Below are positions 25,333 to 40,028 of a stretch of 64,000 nucleotides of DNA, one piece after another (the stretch's first letter is position 1; every line of letters begins with the position of its first letter). The notes below the pieces were generated by a model, which was given only the letters and a program-made list of their open reading frames with translations, searched no databases and was not told the DNA's origin. The translations under genes were made by a program, and so were the position numbers. Source of the DNA: Eukaryota sp. GEM-RC1 (Eukaryota); contig JAUFOQ010000001.1 in assembly GCA_040285855.1 (NCBI GenBank), forward strand, positions 310,001 through 374,000, in the 5' to 3' direction.

Positions 25333-28300
25333 ATGGCTGATCCAACTATCACTCGTTCTGGTCGAGTATCTAGACCCCCTGTTGTTCCGCCAAATATTCT
25401 TCAAGAACAGGCTGACGAGGAACATGCTCAACTCCTAAAGCAATGTTCCAAGAAGCTATGGAAAAGTCCTGCCGCTGTGTGAAGAACCGGTTTCTTCTTG
25501 AGGAACCAATCCGAAGTACTCAACCTCTGTCAGAAGTTTAGAAGTAAGTCTACCTCTGAACCCAGAGGAATGTTTATCTATATGGGAACTAAGCAACAGG
25601 AGAAGAGCAATATGCGGCTGTTGAGGATGTTTGCTTCTGCTCTTTTGGGTATTGATTCCCCTACCCGCAAAATTGATCATCCATCAATTTATGTGAAGAC
25701 TTCATGGGACGCTAAATTTCCTGGGTAACACCGACAGCACAAAATCTATGCAGAGATACACATGCACATGATCCCGTTATACATATATAACTGGATCAAC
25801 AGTCTTTCAAGTCCTTTTTGTTGCCAGCTTAAGTGCGATCCTCACGTTCTGCCCTGCAACCATGATCTTTTCGTTCTTGCTTCTTCTTTTTCTCCATTCC
25901 CAGTTTTTAAGGTTGATGGCAATCAAACCTTTACTCGTTCTACAGTCAATGTGACCACCATCGACTGTTCTACTTTTTGTGATGATTTCCATTACTCCTA
26001 TTCGATCTGCTGCTAAATCGTTAATATATCTAATGAAGCAGGTCGAAAAGCCTGATCTGCTCATCCCTGATACTTCTATTTCTTACTTGTATTTCTGACT
26101 TGTATTTCTTGTAAAACTGGTCAAGCCGAGCTATATCGTATCGATACATTCCAGTCCATTCACGATCTCTTTATGAGTGTCAAAGAACTTTATGACCGTT
26201 GCCAAAATGACTTCAAGCAATTCTCTACGGTAATATTTACCATAACAAAAAAGCGCGTGTACAGGCATGTAATGTACGATAAAGGCCACCACGATCTAGA
26301 AAAACTTTAAGGTTGAAGTTCTGAATGGATAAAATTCCTTTATCCATCAAACAGAACTACAAGTAGACGAATTGGACAAAGCAAATACTCAAGCAAAGTC
26401 TTGAATTTGAGTTACCACAGCGAAATTTTGAAGGGAAATTCTGCGTGCCATTTTTTCTTCTTCCCAGGTTCCCTAAGCGCCTTCTTATGGAAGATTTCCG
26501 TATACCTCAGCCCCGAGATTCATTCCCTCGATATCTTCGAAGAAAAGCCCTCCTCCTCCTCCTCTGCGAAAGAGAAGTCCTCGCTCGACTCCGACAGCGA
26601 AGAGTTATCCGCCCCCGCCCAACGCGCGAACCTCACCGAAGTTGTATGTGACCCACAATGCCCAAGAACTTCCACGCTTAGATTTCACATGGAGTCATAG
26701 ATCTCCTAAAGATCACTCTCCCCTCCGCTCTCTCTCCTCAATCCGAGTTGTGGGAATATCTCATCTCCCTCACACTCTGCTCTTCTGCTTCCGAAGCTCG
26801 CTCTCTCCTATCCTCCCTCTCTACGGATAACTGCATTCACCAACCACTCGCCAAAACAAAGACCTTCTCGACTTCCGCCTCACAATCCCCAGATGCCGTC
26901 ACTGCATAAACAAGCTATCCCCCGTAATAGATGCCTTCAATAAGGGTATTCCAATCTGCTCAGTGAATAACGCTCTTTGGGATGAATTCAAATGTGGAAA
27001 CATCACCGACCTTGGTGACCTGGTTCGCTTCAGAATGAATACCTTCGATCATCTCAATGCTCTCTCTCTCTGACTTTATCAATAAGACCTCCAATCCTCC
27101 TCGCAACAACATGCCCCCTAACAACTTCACAAACTGGCCTCGACCCCACTCCAATTACGGAACTCCTTCTTCAAGACCATCTTCCTCACTCTCAAATTCC
27201 ACATCTCAAGATTTGGATACTCGATCCCCCCTCAACAATGGTACCCCTTCTGAACGCTTCTGAACGCTTCGGCAACTTCTGTAAGAAATCCCGACTGTAA
27301 ACGAAGCAAATTCTCTAACAATTCACCTCCAATTAAATAGAACCCCTATAATCCCCAAAACCCCACGCTTAACAGAACCTACAGCACCAGACACAACTCT
27401 GCTCCCCGTTAAACTGACCTTGTCGCTAAAACTCAGAGTTCTGAAACCGACTGCCCTTCAGAAAACACTCCAATTGAGTTTGACTTAGAATTCCCAAAAT
27501 TTTTCAACAAACCTTATCCAGGATCGGATACGTACACAGTCTCTAACTACTCTTCTGATAACTTTACCCCTCACCTCAATCGCCCTAACAAAGTCTCTTC
27601 ATCCAATCTCTCTTTTTACATCATCGCTGTTCCTGAGGAAATAGTCTCCCCGTCGAGGCGAAGCAAGGACGTTAGTTTTGGCTACGAACGACCTCACGCT
27701 TCGAACTCAGTTCTTAGCACTGGCGCAAACGATCAAATGTTTGAGAACCTGGATTCTGAGACTATGTTCAAAACTTTTTCTCCTTCCCCCTTCGATTTAA
27801 TGAAACAAAAATTTCAGAAATCCTAATCAACAACACTCTTATCATAGCCACAGTTGACTCGACTTGTCAAACGAGTTGCTTAACCTCTGATATAGCAAGG
27901 ACAACCAACTGCAGGGTTATCCCATCACCTCTCTCCTTCACCCTGTCAGACGGCAAGACAGCTAAGTGCTCCGGTAACGCCCACTATACTCTCACCTTTT
28001 GCTTAGATAGACTGATCTCCCCCCTCAGTACATGTTAGGATATCTATTCCGATTATCGCAGGCAAAGCTCAAGTCCTGATCGGAGTTGACATTCTAAAGA
28101 AACTAAATGTTCTTAAAAAGAACGGAATCATGATCAAACTTGACGAAGATCACAAGCGTATCCTTGACGCTGAAGCATCCCACAACCCATGTCCCTAACT
28201 CCTAAGGTAAGATCTACCATAGTAAATGAACTCACAACCAGTGAGCTATCAGATTGCCGCATGACACTTCCCGACAATCATAAACAGCTCTTGGTAAACC

Positions 28301-31300
28301 TCATGAACTCTTATCATGATATCTTTGGCTCACCCCGCCCTTTGGGCATAGATTGATTAGCAATGCCCATAAACTTTTACAACGAAGAAGAAACTTGTTT
28401 TAGAAAAAGCCGCCCCTTGCACCTTGAGAAACTTCTAATTGCAAACACCTTATTAAAGATGGCTCCTTCTGACTGCCCCTATTGTCCCCATCGTGTTAGT
28501 CCTTTACCGTGATGGCAAAAAGCCCAGATTAACTGGAGACTATTCCGGATCCTTAGGAATGAATTAACTCATTGACCAAACTACTGGACGCAAACCTGCC
28601 ACGTATCTCAGATATTTCGCTCTTTCTGTCAAAAGCAAACTTCAATGCAACTGTAGACCTTTCCAAAGCTTTCTGGCAACTTGCCCTAGACAAAAGGGTT
28701 ACCTAAAGACCACTTTATCCATTCCAAGCTGCTCCATTTACTCCAGAAGAACAGCCGTTGGCTTAAAGAACGTATCAGCATTCTTCCAGAACGTTATGGA
28801 AAATATCTTTAAAATGCCCAACGTTTTCATTTACATCGAACTTTAACTAAAATTTCTCACTAACCAGATCCCATCCGAGTAAGATTCGGTCAAGAAATGT
28901 GGCTTCGAAAACTGTTCTGATTCAATCAAGATCCTTGGCGCCGTCTTTCAGAACAAACAACGATCCATTGACCCGGTTAGGATCTCCGCCATCTCAAACC
29001 TGCCCAATGCCTACGACTATCAGTGAACTACGCGCTCCTTCATCGGCTCCGTAAACTACTTAATGGATTGAATCCCTGAATTTTCAGGCCTAGTCCAACC
29101 CTTGACTAACTTAACTAGAAAGGACGAAACAGACAAACGCTCCGTGATCCCGCTTCTGATCCCGATTTTGACCACATAGATGAAGATGTTAACTCGGATT
29201 CCGAAGTTGCCTCTTATGCGTCCGCTGACACAGGTCAGACCAGTTCCGACAACGATTCCGAAATACCCGACTATACTGTTTATCACGAAGCTAGAAAACT
29301 GCAAAAATCAAAACGTTTAAGACCCAGACCTCAACACTCAAATCAACGGAGAATTCAAGACACTAAAACTACCAATGACTCAAAACCAAGGAAACAATAT
29401 CGTTTTAAATATCCCAAAAGCTCAGGTTTATGCTTGCATTGTGCAAGCTCAGGCCACTTTGTTAAGAATTGTCATAACAACCCCCCACCTCCTCGATCCA
29501 AACATAAAGATGTGTTCCAAATATCGTCAAACGAAACAAAACCACTTCAATGCCCAGTGACCATCAACAAGAAGAAATTAGAAGCAATCATCGATACAGG
29601 CTCGAACATCTCTCTATTGTCCAAAAATATCCAGCACTCTCTAAACCTTACCTCAACTCGATTGGATAATTGCCTTTAACTAAGAACTATTTCTGGATGC
29701 ACCAACACCCGAAGGGTTGCCAAAGACACTCCTATTAAAATCGACTTAATCGATTCCAAGCCCAGTGTGGTAAAGCAAGACTTGTTTATTATCTCAGAGC
29801 GAAACAAAATTATCCTCGATTGAGATTACCTGAGAAAGATTGGCTGTCTTACTGACACATCTTTTCACTTCCAACCTAATCAAAAACTTGATACTGATGA
29901 TGACCATGTGGTAGAAGTATACCCAACAGTTCTTCAGACAGATCAGGCTTCCAATTCAACAAATGGTATCACCATTCAAGGGTTACCAGAGGACCAACAA
30001 GAAGACCTACGAGGATTACTTGAGGAATTCAGTGACGTCTTTGATCCAAAACTGCCACCTGAAGGTATAAAATGCGAACCTCTAGCCCTACCCCTCAAAG
30101 TCGAGAAGATCGTTTCTTCGTCCCCTAAACCATTACCTCCACTGAAACTCAAACTTGCAAATGCGATTTTCGACTCCCCTTATTGAAAAAGGCCTAGCCC
30201 GACCATCAACTTCTCCCTACTCTTCTCCGGTGGTACTCGTTAAAAAATCTGGAAAGGAACCCCGTCTCACAGGAGACTACTCAAAAATCAATGAAATTTT
30301 GGTCACTGGTATTTCTGACATACCTAAACTGTCAGAAATTCACGAAAAACTATCTAGAGCGAACTTTATTGCATGTTTTGACCTTCCGCGTGCCTTCCAT
30401 CAAATTCCGGTTCTAGAACAAGATATCCCGAAGACCGCCATAGCCATACCGGGTAGGAAAATAGAATATCTCAGAGCTCCCTTCGGCTTTGCTAATATTC
30501 CAGGTCATATCCAATATCCTTGATAGCCACCACACTTGGATCTATATCGACGATCTGACTGAGTTCGAAAGAACTTACGAAAACTTCCGTAACAATCTTG
30601 TTTGGATTTTGTCCACATGTAGAGAACATAACATTCGGCTTTCTCCTCAAAAAAGCATTATCACCACCAACAAGTTTCCAATTCGCATCGTTGGAACGAT
30701 TTTCTGTAACGGTCAACGACTTTCCGACCCAAACAAGACGTCGGCTTTAACCGAACTCCCTTTTCCCAAAAATTCAACTGAACTTCGCTCCTTATTTGGA
30801 TGTGTAAACTTTCTTCGTGATTTTATCCCAAATCTAAGCAAATCTAGAGCGAAACTCGATGAACTGATCAATCAAGACAGATTTAAACCATCAGCGGAAC
30901 ACGAAGAATGTTTTAACGAAATCAAAGCTAAAGTTGCAAACATTGTACCACTTACTTTACCAGGCCCAGACTCCCGACTCATTGTAACAACTGATGCATC
31001 ATCTAAAGCCATAGGTGCTACAATCTTTACAGAAACCCTGCCTTATCAACCGAACAAACCGCTTTCAGAACACCATTGAAGTAAACACCATTTCTAACAG
31101 TCATGAACGGCTTTTGGTACCAGAATCCGAACGATTACACATTCTCAAGTCATGTCATGATTCTCTTACATCCGGTCATGGAAGCATTTCCAGGACTCCA
31201 GGAAACATGGTCTCATCTAGATATTACTGGCCTTCCATGATCAAGGACGTGTCAAGTTACGTTAAAAACTGTCCAGCATATCAGAAAGTGAAACCCCAAA

Positions 31301-33328
31301 GTGCTTCTTCCCCTCCTTTCACAGGCAGCCTCTTTGCCCACAAGCCTTTTGAATGTCTTTCAAAAGACACCATGGGACCTTTTCCAGAGGACCAATATAA
31401 CAACAAGTTTATCTTCGTGATCGTGTGTGACTTCACACGTTTTTGTATTCTGTACCCAGCCCCCGCGAACGATGCTCACCAAGCTGCCCAGGCATTGATC
31501 AATAGAGTATTTTGTTTCTTCTGTCTACCTTTGAAAATCAGGTCTGACAAAGGATCAGAGTACATCAACGACGCCATCTCGTTGACGTATAAGTCTCTTA
31601 AAATTGACTCGATCAACTCCTTCCCACATCATCATGCCTCTAATGGAATTGTCGAAAGACGTAATAGGGAGGTGTTGATTTCACTCAAGAAAATGTTGTT
31701 GGAATTTCAAGATTAATCCAGGCGGTCAGAACTTGTACCGATTACTCAACTCTATTTGAATAACTCAGTATGCTCTGTTACTGAGCAAACCCCGTCCAAG
31801 CTAATTTTTGGAAATCACGACTTCGCCAATCGAAACCTAATCGATTTGATCCCGCGTTTCTGTGCAGTGTTTGACATCGAAACAACCAAACCTTCTTCCA
31901 GCTCTGCACTCAAATACCTGAAACAATTATCTAAAGATCTTCAAGATTTCAAATGAAGCTGCGCTGCATAGTCAGGACAAGAAAGAGTTAGACGCTGCTA
32001 AGAAACAGGAAGTTAGGAAGTTCGAAATTGGTGACTTGGTTTTTAGAACGTTTCCTAAGAAATCAAAACTCCAAGGACCATTTTCTATCGAAGAAAAGGT
32101 AGGATCTTCAGGCTACAAGATAAGACATCTCGTTATGGATCAAGTATTAACTGCCTCGTCATATCAACTTATCCCTGTCCATGTCTCAGGACACTATCCC
32201 TCTTCTCGCCTCCTATCTTTAGCTGCAACTGACCTAGAAGAGTTTGTCGTGGACGACATTCTCGCACATTCTTGGGCAGGGAACGACCTTTGGTTCCTAG
32301 TGAGATTTGCTCGTGATGTAGAACAATGGGAACCTTAGGCTCATGTGCGTGACAACAAAAAGTGCAAACTCTACGTTAAGACTCACAAGGTAAAGCTTCT
32401 TCTTCGTACTGCTCTTCAAAAGAAGAAATTCGACAATACTGTCTTATCTGCAGATCTCAAAAGACTGAATGTCAAACATGTGTTTTCGTATCCACACCAT
32501 GAGTCAAATGGGCTAGCAGAACGAAGGAACCAAGAGATTCGTTCAACCCTAAACAAATACACCGTAGAGCTGAATGAAAGGAAGAATTGGTCGAAGCTTA
32601 TACCAATTATCCAGCTAATTATAAACTCGATTCCCTGTAGCTCAACAGGATTCTCTCCATTCACTGTACTCTTTGGAACCAACACATTGCCTAGGAGAAA
32701 CGTCATTGAACACATTATCTCCCAACCTGCAAGTGATGTCAAACTTGACAATCGAACCAAGGCAACTGGATATCTATTGGAACTAGAAACAACTCTCAAC
32801 GAACTCTGGAACAAAGCTAACCTCACACAATCTTCCCTGGTTGAATCTCGCAACCCAACCACTCCCCCTCTTCAAAGTAGTCGATCTTGTCCTAAGGAAA
32901 GACTTGGGCAAAAACAAATTCTTGAAACATACAGGTCTTTTGTTGTTTCAGAGATTCTTGGATCGAATGGCTATAGAATCAAGAGCATTGTTAATGAAAG
33001 CTCTTATGTTGTATCTCAGTACCACCTCATCCCTTTCACTCCAAATATCCTCAATGACAACGCTAAAAGACTAGCAGCTCTAGACAAGGATGAATTTGTT
33101 GTAGAAGATGTACTCGATCACCACAACAATGAAAAAGAACTTTTATTTCTTGTCAAATTTTTACAATGTCCATCCATATGGCAACCACTCGAATCTCTTA
33201 GAGATGGTTATAGAATTAACGAAAAGCTACTGCAGTACTGTAATCGTTGTCAGATAAAACTACCTCCAAGGAAGAGAGGAAAGGTAAGAAATCATACTCC
33301 TCAAAGGGGTAATGTAATGTCAGAATGA
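25333..33328 (+). mobile_element. Cluster of at least two, probably three, decayed Ty3/gypsy elements
   Basis: One RT at ~28400-29100 (KPRLTGDYSG, NLPRISD, DLSKAFWQ). A second set has knuckle CLHCASSGHFVKNC, protease IIDTGS, RT (PRLTGDY, YIDD), RH (TTDASS), integrase and chromodomain to ~32390. A further integrase C-half plus chromodomain lies at 32400-33328 with a PPT-like aaggggt. Many stops and frameshifts. Confidence 0.85.
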
Positions 33329-33699
33329 CACTATGACACGTCACCAGTAGTTACATGGAATTCACTGACTGATGATATGGAAAACTTCATTACACGTTGT
33401 GATGTTTATCAAATAAAAAAACAATTAAATCTGAATCACCTCAGTCCACTGGTAATCCTTTTGCATACAAACCGTTTGATGATCTGCATTTAGACCTAGG
33501 AACGCATACTTGATAGTTGCTGTTGATGGCTTACCACTCTTGAGTCTAATTCGCAGATTTTTTAGAAAGACTGAAATATTGTTTCTTTCTAAACACAACA
33601 GTCCCATTTTTCACCACAAATCTAAAGCCTTGAATTTCATTTAGGTATTAGTACCATTTTTTGAGTGGAATTTCATAAAAGGTTTGTTAAAACTATTTC

Positions 33700-34480
33700 A
33701 GCAACTAATAATGATGAAAGTTTCTCTCAACATGTAAAGTGTTGTGAAAAAATTCATACAAACAATTCAATAGTAGAAAATAACTGAAAGTTATCCGTTT
33801 CACTGCTTATCCGTACTTTAAAACAATTATCAAGATTCTGAAGAAGTGGTAAAGAACTTAGTTCAACCAGCCACATTGATAGACACGTTTTGTCGGCACC
33901 CCCTCTCAACACCCGTCTATTTCCACTGACATGTGAATTAATTTCAATAGTAAACACTCATTAAATCCATTTGGATAAAAGAAAAACTACAACATATACT
34001 ATATTTACTTACAAAATGTCCATGATGACATCACCAACATCACATTAACCTGAATTTTTCAACATGATGTCGTGATCAAATGTCCCCCATCACGTGTATA
34101 GAGCTCATGAGTACAGATCTACAAGCTAAGGTGGTCAGATAGAAGACATGTTTAAATAGTGATAGATCTACAAACAAGGAAAAACACATGTGAAACGATC
34201 TTAGCGACGAGTTAGATTGAGAGAGATGAAGACGAGATTCAGGTTCTTGTTGATGAGGCACATGAAGGACACACAGAAGTAGTAATTATCATTGGGAGTC
34301 GACCACTCACGAGGGACAACTAGTGATAACTGAAGTACAAGTGTTCGTGAATCGCATGTAAGAAAGCGATGGGATCTGGAACACGAGAAGTATGGAGAGG
34401 GAATGATCAAATGAGGGAATAGAAACCAAGCACCAGACAGATATTCACAAGTGAGGATTGATAAAGATAGAGAGTTGAAG
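33700..34480 (-). repeat. Degenerate gene-family fragment, inverted paralog of 37480-38070
   Basis: Shared translation VDLSLFK(H/R)..(Y/F)LTTLAC.SVLMS.IHVMG and shared DNA blocks (catgatgacatcaccaacatcaca; atgatgaaagtttctctcaacatg). Confidence 0.7.
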
Positions 34481-36939
34481 ATTCAAGAACTAGGAAGACT
34501 CAGGGTATAGAACTTGTTCCAACCATGAGAGAGAAAACGCCGTTTGCCAAAGTGTGATGGTGTTGATACGGACATTATGTCTACTTCGTTCTCTCTATCC
34601 CATCTCTACAAGGTGTTACCTAGGGATGGTCTCTGTGTACCCTATTTGGGCTTCATCACCTGTTTTTTCTCCTATTTTTGTCCTCATGAACCATCATTCA
34701 CTCTATACGTTGTGCATCTCTCATCACTTTAAGCTTCAACATTTCATTCTAGAATTGATGAAGCTCCTTGTCGAGGAGTTTATGCGCAGTGAGCTTTGAA
34801 GTGTTTGCTCTAGAGTCACTGGAGTCTTCGATTTGAAACAATCTTTTGGGATTTCTGGCATTGATAGTATCAAATGATCAATCAGTTTACACACATTACA
34901 ATTTAAATTGGATGTCTTCAAGTTTCTTAGTTCTGATGTTGAAACATAATAATGAAAGTAAGGTTCGTGATTTTGTCAAGAAATTCTGGTTTTTAGTTGA
35001 TGATTAAAGGAGAGTGTCTGATCTATGGTTGATGAAAACAATGACACAATCATAAATTGTTTGTGAAATCCAATTCAAAAGTAAGAAAATCCAAAAGAAT
35101 GGAGTCTTGGTCATTGGGAGAGTAATTAACAATTGCTAGTAATTCAGTAATTAATCTGCCCCAAACGAGTTGATTTCCAAGAAGTATCTGATTGTGCGCA
35201 TAGTTGTACAAACTTTCACAACATCAACATCCTAAAAAAAGTCGAATAGTATTTCAATGCATTTGTCCGTAAAATCTTTTTATTTGTTTCGTCAGTCGAG
35301 AAAGATGTCCCTTTTAAAGATTCCGCATTTGGAATTTATTCAGTTTTGTAACTTCTTTGCACTCTGTAGAGACATCGGTATCTGCGTTGTTGAAGTTGTT
35401 TCTTAATATTAAATGATGTATGCTGATCCATAAATATATGCTGATCCATAAACGCTCAAGAATTATGATTTTGACTTCAAATGATGAAATTTATAAAGTA
35501 TAACTTCTTTGTCTGTTAGTGGGAAAAAACTTGTACTTGTAATACTGGTGTGAGCAAATTTCATGCATATGTGAGCAAAGTTCACTTTTTACACAAAAAA
35601 TTTTTCACACAAATTTTCCCGGCAATAAAGGTCTGCTATAACATCACGGGTTACATACTACAGCTTACATTACAATAAAGGGAACCATAGACTGTTGGAA
35701 TCGACGTGAATCGACTGTTTGTCAGATTCATCATCTCATAGGTCGTAAAAGTTGCAGATCAGTCGTTATCACATCAATGCAACATAACCACACTTTTCAG
35801 ATGTCAGACTCATTGTTTAGACATGCATCGATCTACATCCTGTGTTGTCCTTATGCTTAGTTTCTTCTCTGAGCTGGCCCAAATTGTCAAGTTAGTCACA
35901 CTGTGATAATCAGTTAATGTTGCTGTCTAGTTATGTAAGAAGATCTATTGATTGTCAGAGTTTATCATTCCAAATATTCACTACCCGATAGCACAGAGAG
36001 ATCAACAATTGATACCGTAAATGTCCATCAATCTGCTACTTATACAATTTAGCACATGTTCCCATCCGTGTAGAGAGATAGTCCATGTATCAAAAAGATC
36101 ATTGTTGGGAGAAACACTGAGATGGTGGATTTCCTCGATCCCCAAGCAAAGAGTCAATCACATGACATAAGTATAGATCAATCGGTAACTTTTCGAACAA
36201 GAAAGTCTTTCATTTCGTGGAGATTGCCTAGTCGTTGTTCAAATTCTATCACAGAGTCGAAGTTGGAGCCTAAGCTAAGATATAACATGTTCATGATACA
36301 AAAAAGATGCTGAAAGTGTAACCAACATCATCTACTGAAGTGGAAAAGATGCTGAAGTATGTACAGAGGTCATCAAAAGACTTCCAAAGGTCGTAATATA
36401 GAGGTTTTATGTGTGTGAAAAAGGTGTGAGAAAACTCAGAATAGTGGTGAATTATGCATTACGAATGAAACACCAGTTGAACGACAAAACAAATTTTTTA
36501 TTCTGTTTGTTTCTTAAAGTGTTCCAAAAAAAGGCTGCACTGGGTATATCGGTTGTCTGGTACAAATGTCAACGAAATCACCAACATTATTTCCCTGTAT
36601 ATTTTTGCGCACAAAGTCGGTATTACAATTGCTTATTCTGTGATATAAATAACGGTGTTGTGTCAATTTCTTTAAGTTTCGAATCCTGATAGGATCAATA
36701 ATCATTTCCTGATCTACTCAGATTGAGACACGCTTCAAGTTTAATATTATTCTATCCCACCCATTTTCATTCAACGTTTATTGGGTGGACTTTAAACGAA
36801 CCAAACAAACTTTTGCCATTCTGCAAGGGGCATAATAGTTGAAGCTTTGATCTTCAGGGCTTACTTCTGATTGAAGAACGCAAAATACTCAGTTGAAGGT
36901 AGAAATTGCTGATTGATCAACTGATAATCAAAGTTTAAC

Positions 36940-37140
36940 CACTGCAAACTCGAAGTCACTTAACGAAATTGCTAAATTGCAACAAGAACTTAAATAACTT
37001 ACAACGAAAGCTACAGAACTTCAACTGGTGTCTCAATCAAAACCAATTACATCCACTCAAACTAGGGAACATTCTCAGTTACAAGTTAGTGAGGATTGAA
37101 AAAAAGTTGGTTTTGGAAGTGGTGGAAATGAATGCTTAAA
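36940..37140 (+). pseudogene. Relic coiled-coil + start of SPRY cassette
   Basis: cacttaacgaaattgctaaattg...caactggtgtctcaatca...ctcaaactagggaacattctcagttacaagttagtg matches 43090-43245 and 57240-57400. Contains stops. Confidence 0.75.
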
Positions 37141-37232
37141 ACTTTTAAGCATTCATTTCCATATTAAAGGTCTCAAGAACATTGGTCTTCTGTTTTGGTC
37201 TCAGTTACTTATCTCCTTTTCTATTGCTTCTA

Positions 37233-37469
37233 ATGTCATTCTCTCTTCCCCCAACAGAAACTCTTTCCATCATTCTTGATGAACCCTCCCTATGTAACCA
37301 AACCATTTCATTCGGCGGGGAATCCATCGAAGTAAACAAATCTGTTCTTGCTGCCCATTCCACGTACTTCCGATCACTATGGTTCTTGGAGTTTGGGGAT
37401 AAACTCGAGAACCCCATCGACTTCTCCCATCTTCCCGTCGAATCCGACAACTTCTTCACTCTTCTTTGA
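37233..37469 (+). pseudogene. Truncated BTB/POZ domain fragment
   Basis: ISFGGESIEVNKSVLAAHSTYFRSLWFLEFGD is a typical BTB core; the ORF ends after ~78 aa. Confidence 0.7.
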
Positions 37470-37479
37470 TCTTTTCCTT

Positions 37480-38070
37480 TCCGTACTTCTAGTCTTCAGT
37501 TATGCATCCGTGTCTTGCAATCTTCCGCGATCCCATGTCTTCTTGTACTCATACTTCAGTTACCACTCGTTTTCCATTAAAGGTTTGCTCCTGGTTGAGT
37601 TACAACAACACTTATTCTGATTCCTCTACAATCTGTCTGTTTCTCCTCAACAAGTCTTTGAAACTCATCTTAATCTATCACCCTAACTCATCATTCTCAA
37701 TCTGTTCTTCCTTGTCTGTAGATCTATCACTATTTAAACGTGCCATTTTTCTGACCACTTTAGCTTGTAATTCTGTACTCATGAGCTTTATACACGTGAT
37801 GGGTGAAACTTGATCACAACATCCCTATTTTATAAAAATTAAGAATAATGTGATGTTGGTGACGTCATCATGAACATGAATAACTGTACCATGTGTTGTC
37901 GTTTATCTCTAATTCTTCAATTAATTTATTCTTTATCAAATCTTCAAAATAGTGTTTACGAAGGAAATCAATTCACTTTAAAATTACTTTTTTCATTTAC
38001 AATTTAATTGATTATTTGATGAGTTTATTCATACGAGTTGCATGTTGAGAGAAACTTTCATCATTTTTGA
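37480..38070 (+). repeat. Degenerate gene-family fragment, inverted paralog of 33700-34480
   Basis: Same shared translation and DNA blocks as 33700-34480, in opposite orientation. Confidence 0.7.
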
Positions 38071-40028
38071 TTGTTGTGAAATTGATTGTATAGGGAAAAA
38101 TCACTAAACTTTTCGATTCCCAAACATGGTACAGTACATTGGTACTTAAAACCATAGTCGATTACCACACCAATTTTTCCAAAACCGGTGTACAAATTAC
38201 AAATTATTATCATTTAATCATACTTACTACAGTTTGACAGATGTATGAAAGAACTGATTTTCCCACATAAAGTTATATTAACTGTCTGCTCTCGACAGAC
38301 AATAAGCTTGTTCCAGTAGTGCAAAGCTCTGCAAAGATCTACTTATAGTGGCTTCGACAACAGCTAGTTGTTGAACAATTTGACCGCCAATGGGTCTCTT
38401 GCTTTTCATTCAGTTCTATCAAATGACATTTGAAGTGATTCACACGGAGTTTCAAAGATTCTGCTAATCCTGAAGGTAAGCTGGAATCCATCTTGATGTT
38501 ATTCAATGCAGAATATGCGTCTTCAATGGATGGAAAACCTGACAAATTTTCCAGGTATCTTCTCAGGTCTGCATCAGACTTTGACACACGGGGAACGAGG
38601 AGTTCTTCAACATGGAGGTTAATGTGGCTCCATCAGATTTCTCGCAGGTAGAGTATCGTTTCTGGATCAGCAATACATCAGGCTTGCAGTTTTGTATGAA
38701 ATGTATACAGAGACCGTTAAGTGTCTTTGTTGTTACAAACCCTTGCCCTCCAAACAGTATCTTTCTCTGGTTCTGTATAAAAAATGTAAAGATTCTTTTT
38801 AAAAACACCCAAGAATTTGGAACCCTATATGATGTTGAACTTTGTCAAAATCTGATGTGGTTGATTCAAATGCAAAAAAAATGAATGATATTTTTAGATT
38901 GTTGTGGCTTAGATATACCCCTCATTCGTTAGAGTATTGTTGACGTTTTGGTATACTTCGTGTACTCTGTCAATGACGACAAATTGAGTGTAAAACCTTG
39001 TCAAAGAAGTGCGTTTCAATCTTGTCTCTGTTTTTTCAAATAGTTTTGTTCTATACTCTGGAATCATTACAAAATATTGTGTATACCGGATTAACATCTT
39101 GTTTGCTAAGTTTAAAACAGTCTTCAATCTTTGATCGACATTGTGGAATCGATGGAGTTCAACCACAAATTTCATTACTTTTTGAGTATGCTGTGTTGAT
39201 TCTTCAGTAAAATCATTAGCCCAAAAATTGATGACGTGTGCAGTAAAGGTTGTAGTAAATGGCGTTTGCGGCGCTACAAATAGCAAGTTCATTATCAGTT
39301 TTTATAGCAGTGATACCATTTTGTAAATCGTAATCTTGAATACTTTTACAGAATTTACTACTACAATATATTGTTGGTCATCTGGGAATGATACACTTTT
39401 CAATCCATGCATTAAGCGACTCCACTTTATTGCTGGTGTAGTGTCCATACCGTTTTCCTTCAAACACGTAATCGCTCAATTGGTTTGGATTGATTTTCTC
39501 AATCGTTTTGATGCCCTTACCTGCCTATTCCTTGATTTTGTTGATAATAAATTCATACTCATATTCTGTTCTTGCTCTGTCAAAAACCAATTGGCGAGCA
39601 ACTTAGATCTCTTGACCAGAGAAATTTCAGTGGCAGAGGTCTCAGTGTCATAATTTTGAGTCTTCGAGTGTTTGGTTCATTTATCAGTCTCTTTAAGGTC
39701 ATAATGCACATATAAATATAGATCCAGAAATACAAACATATCTACAAGCCTCACAAGCAACATACATTCACCGTCCGTGTGTTCTTAAGTTAATGAATCA
39801 ACTACACTCAATATGCCAGGAGTGACTATGATTTTGTTAGAAGAAGAAGACCCCAAAGATTCTATTGTTATTAGCCCCTTTTCTGAGGTATAGCGAGTTG
39901 TTCCTTCCAATATGATGAAATCATGTTACGCTTTCAGAAACTGTCGGTAAAATTGATCGTTCAAACCCTTTTTTAAGACCACAAAAGAACTTTTTGTGAT
40001 GTTTTTTCAATTAATATTGTCGTAGCGT

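Noticed and set aside
38339..39653. Minus-strand ORF fragments as a gene
   Set aside because: Coding-like but broken by stops, with no recognisable motif; left unassigned.
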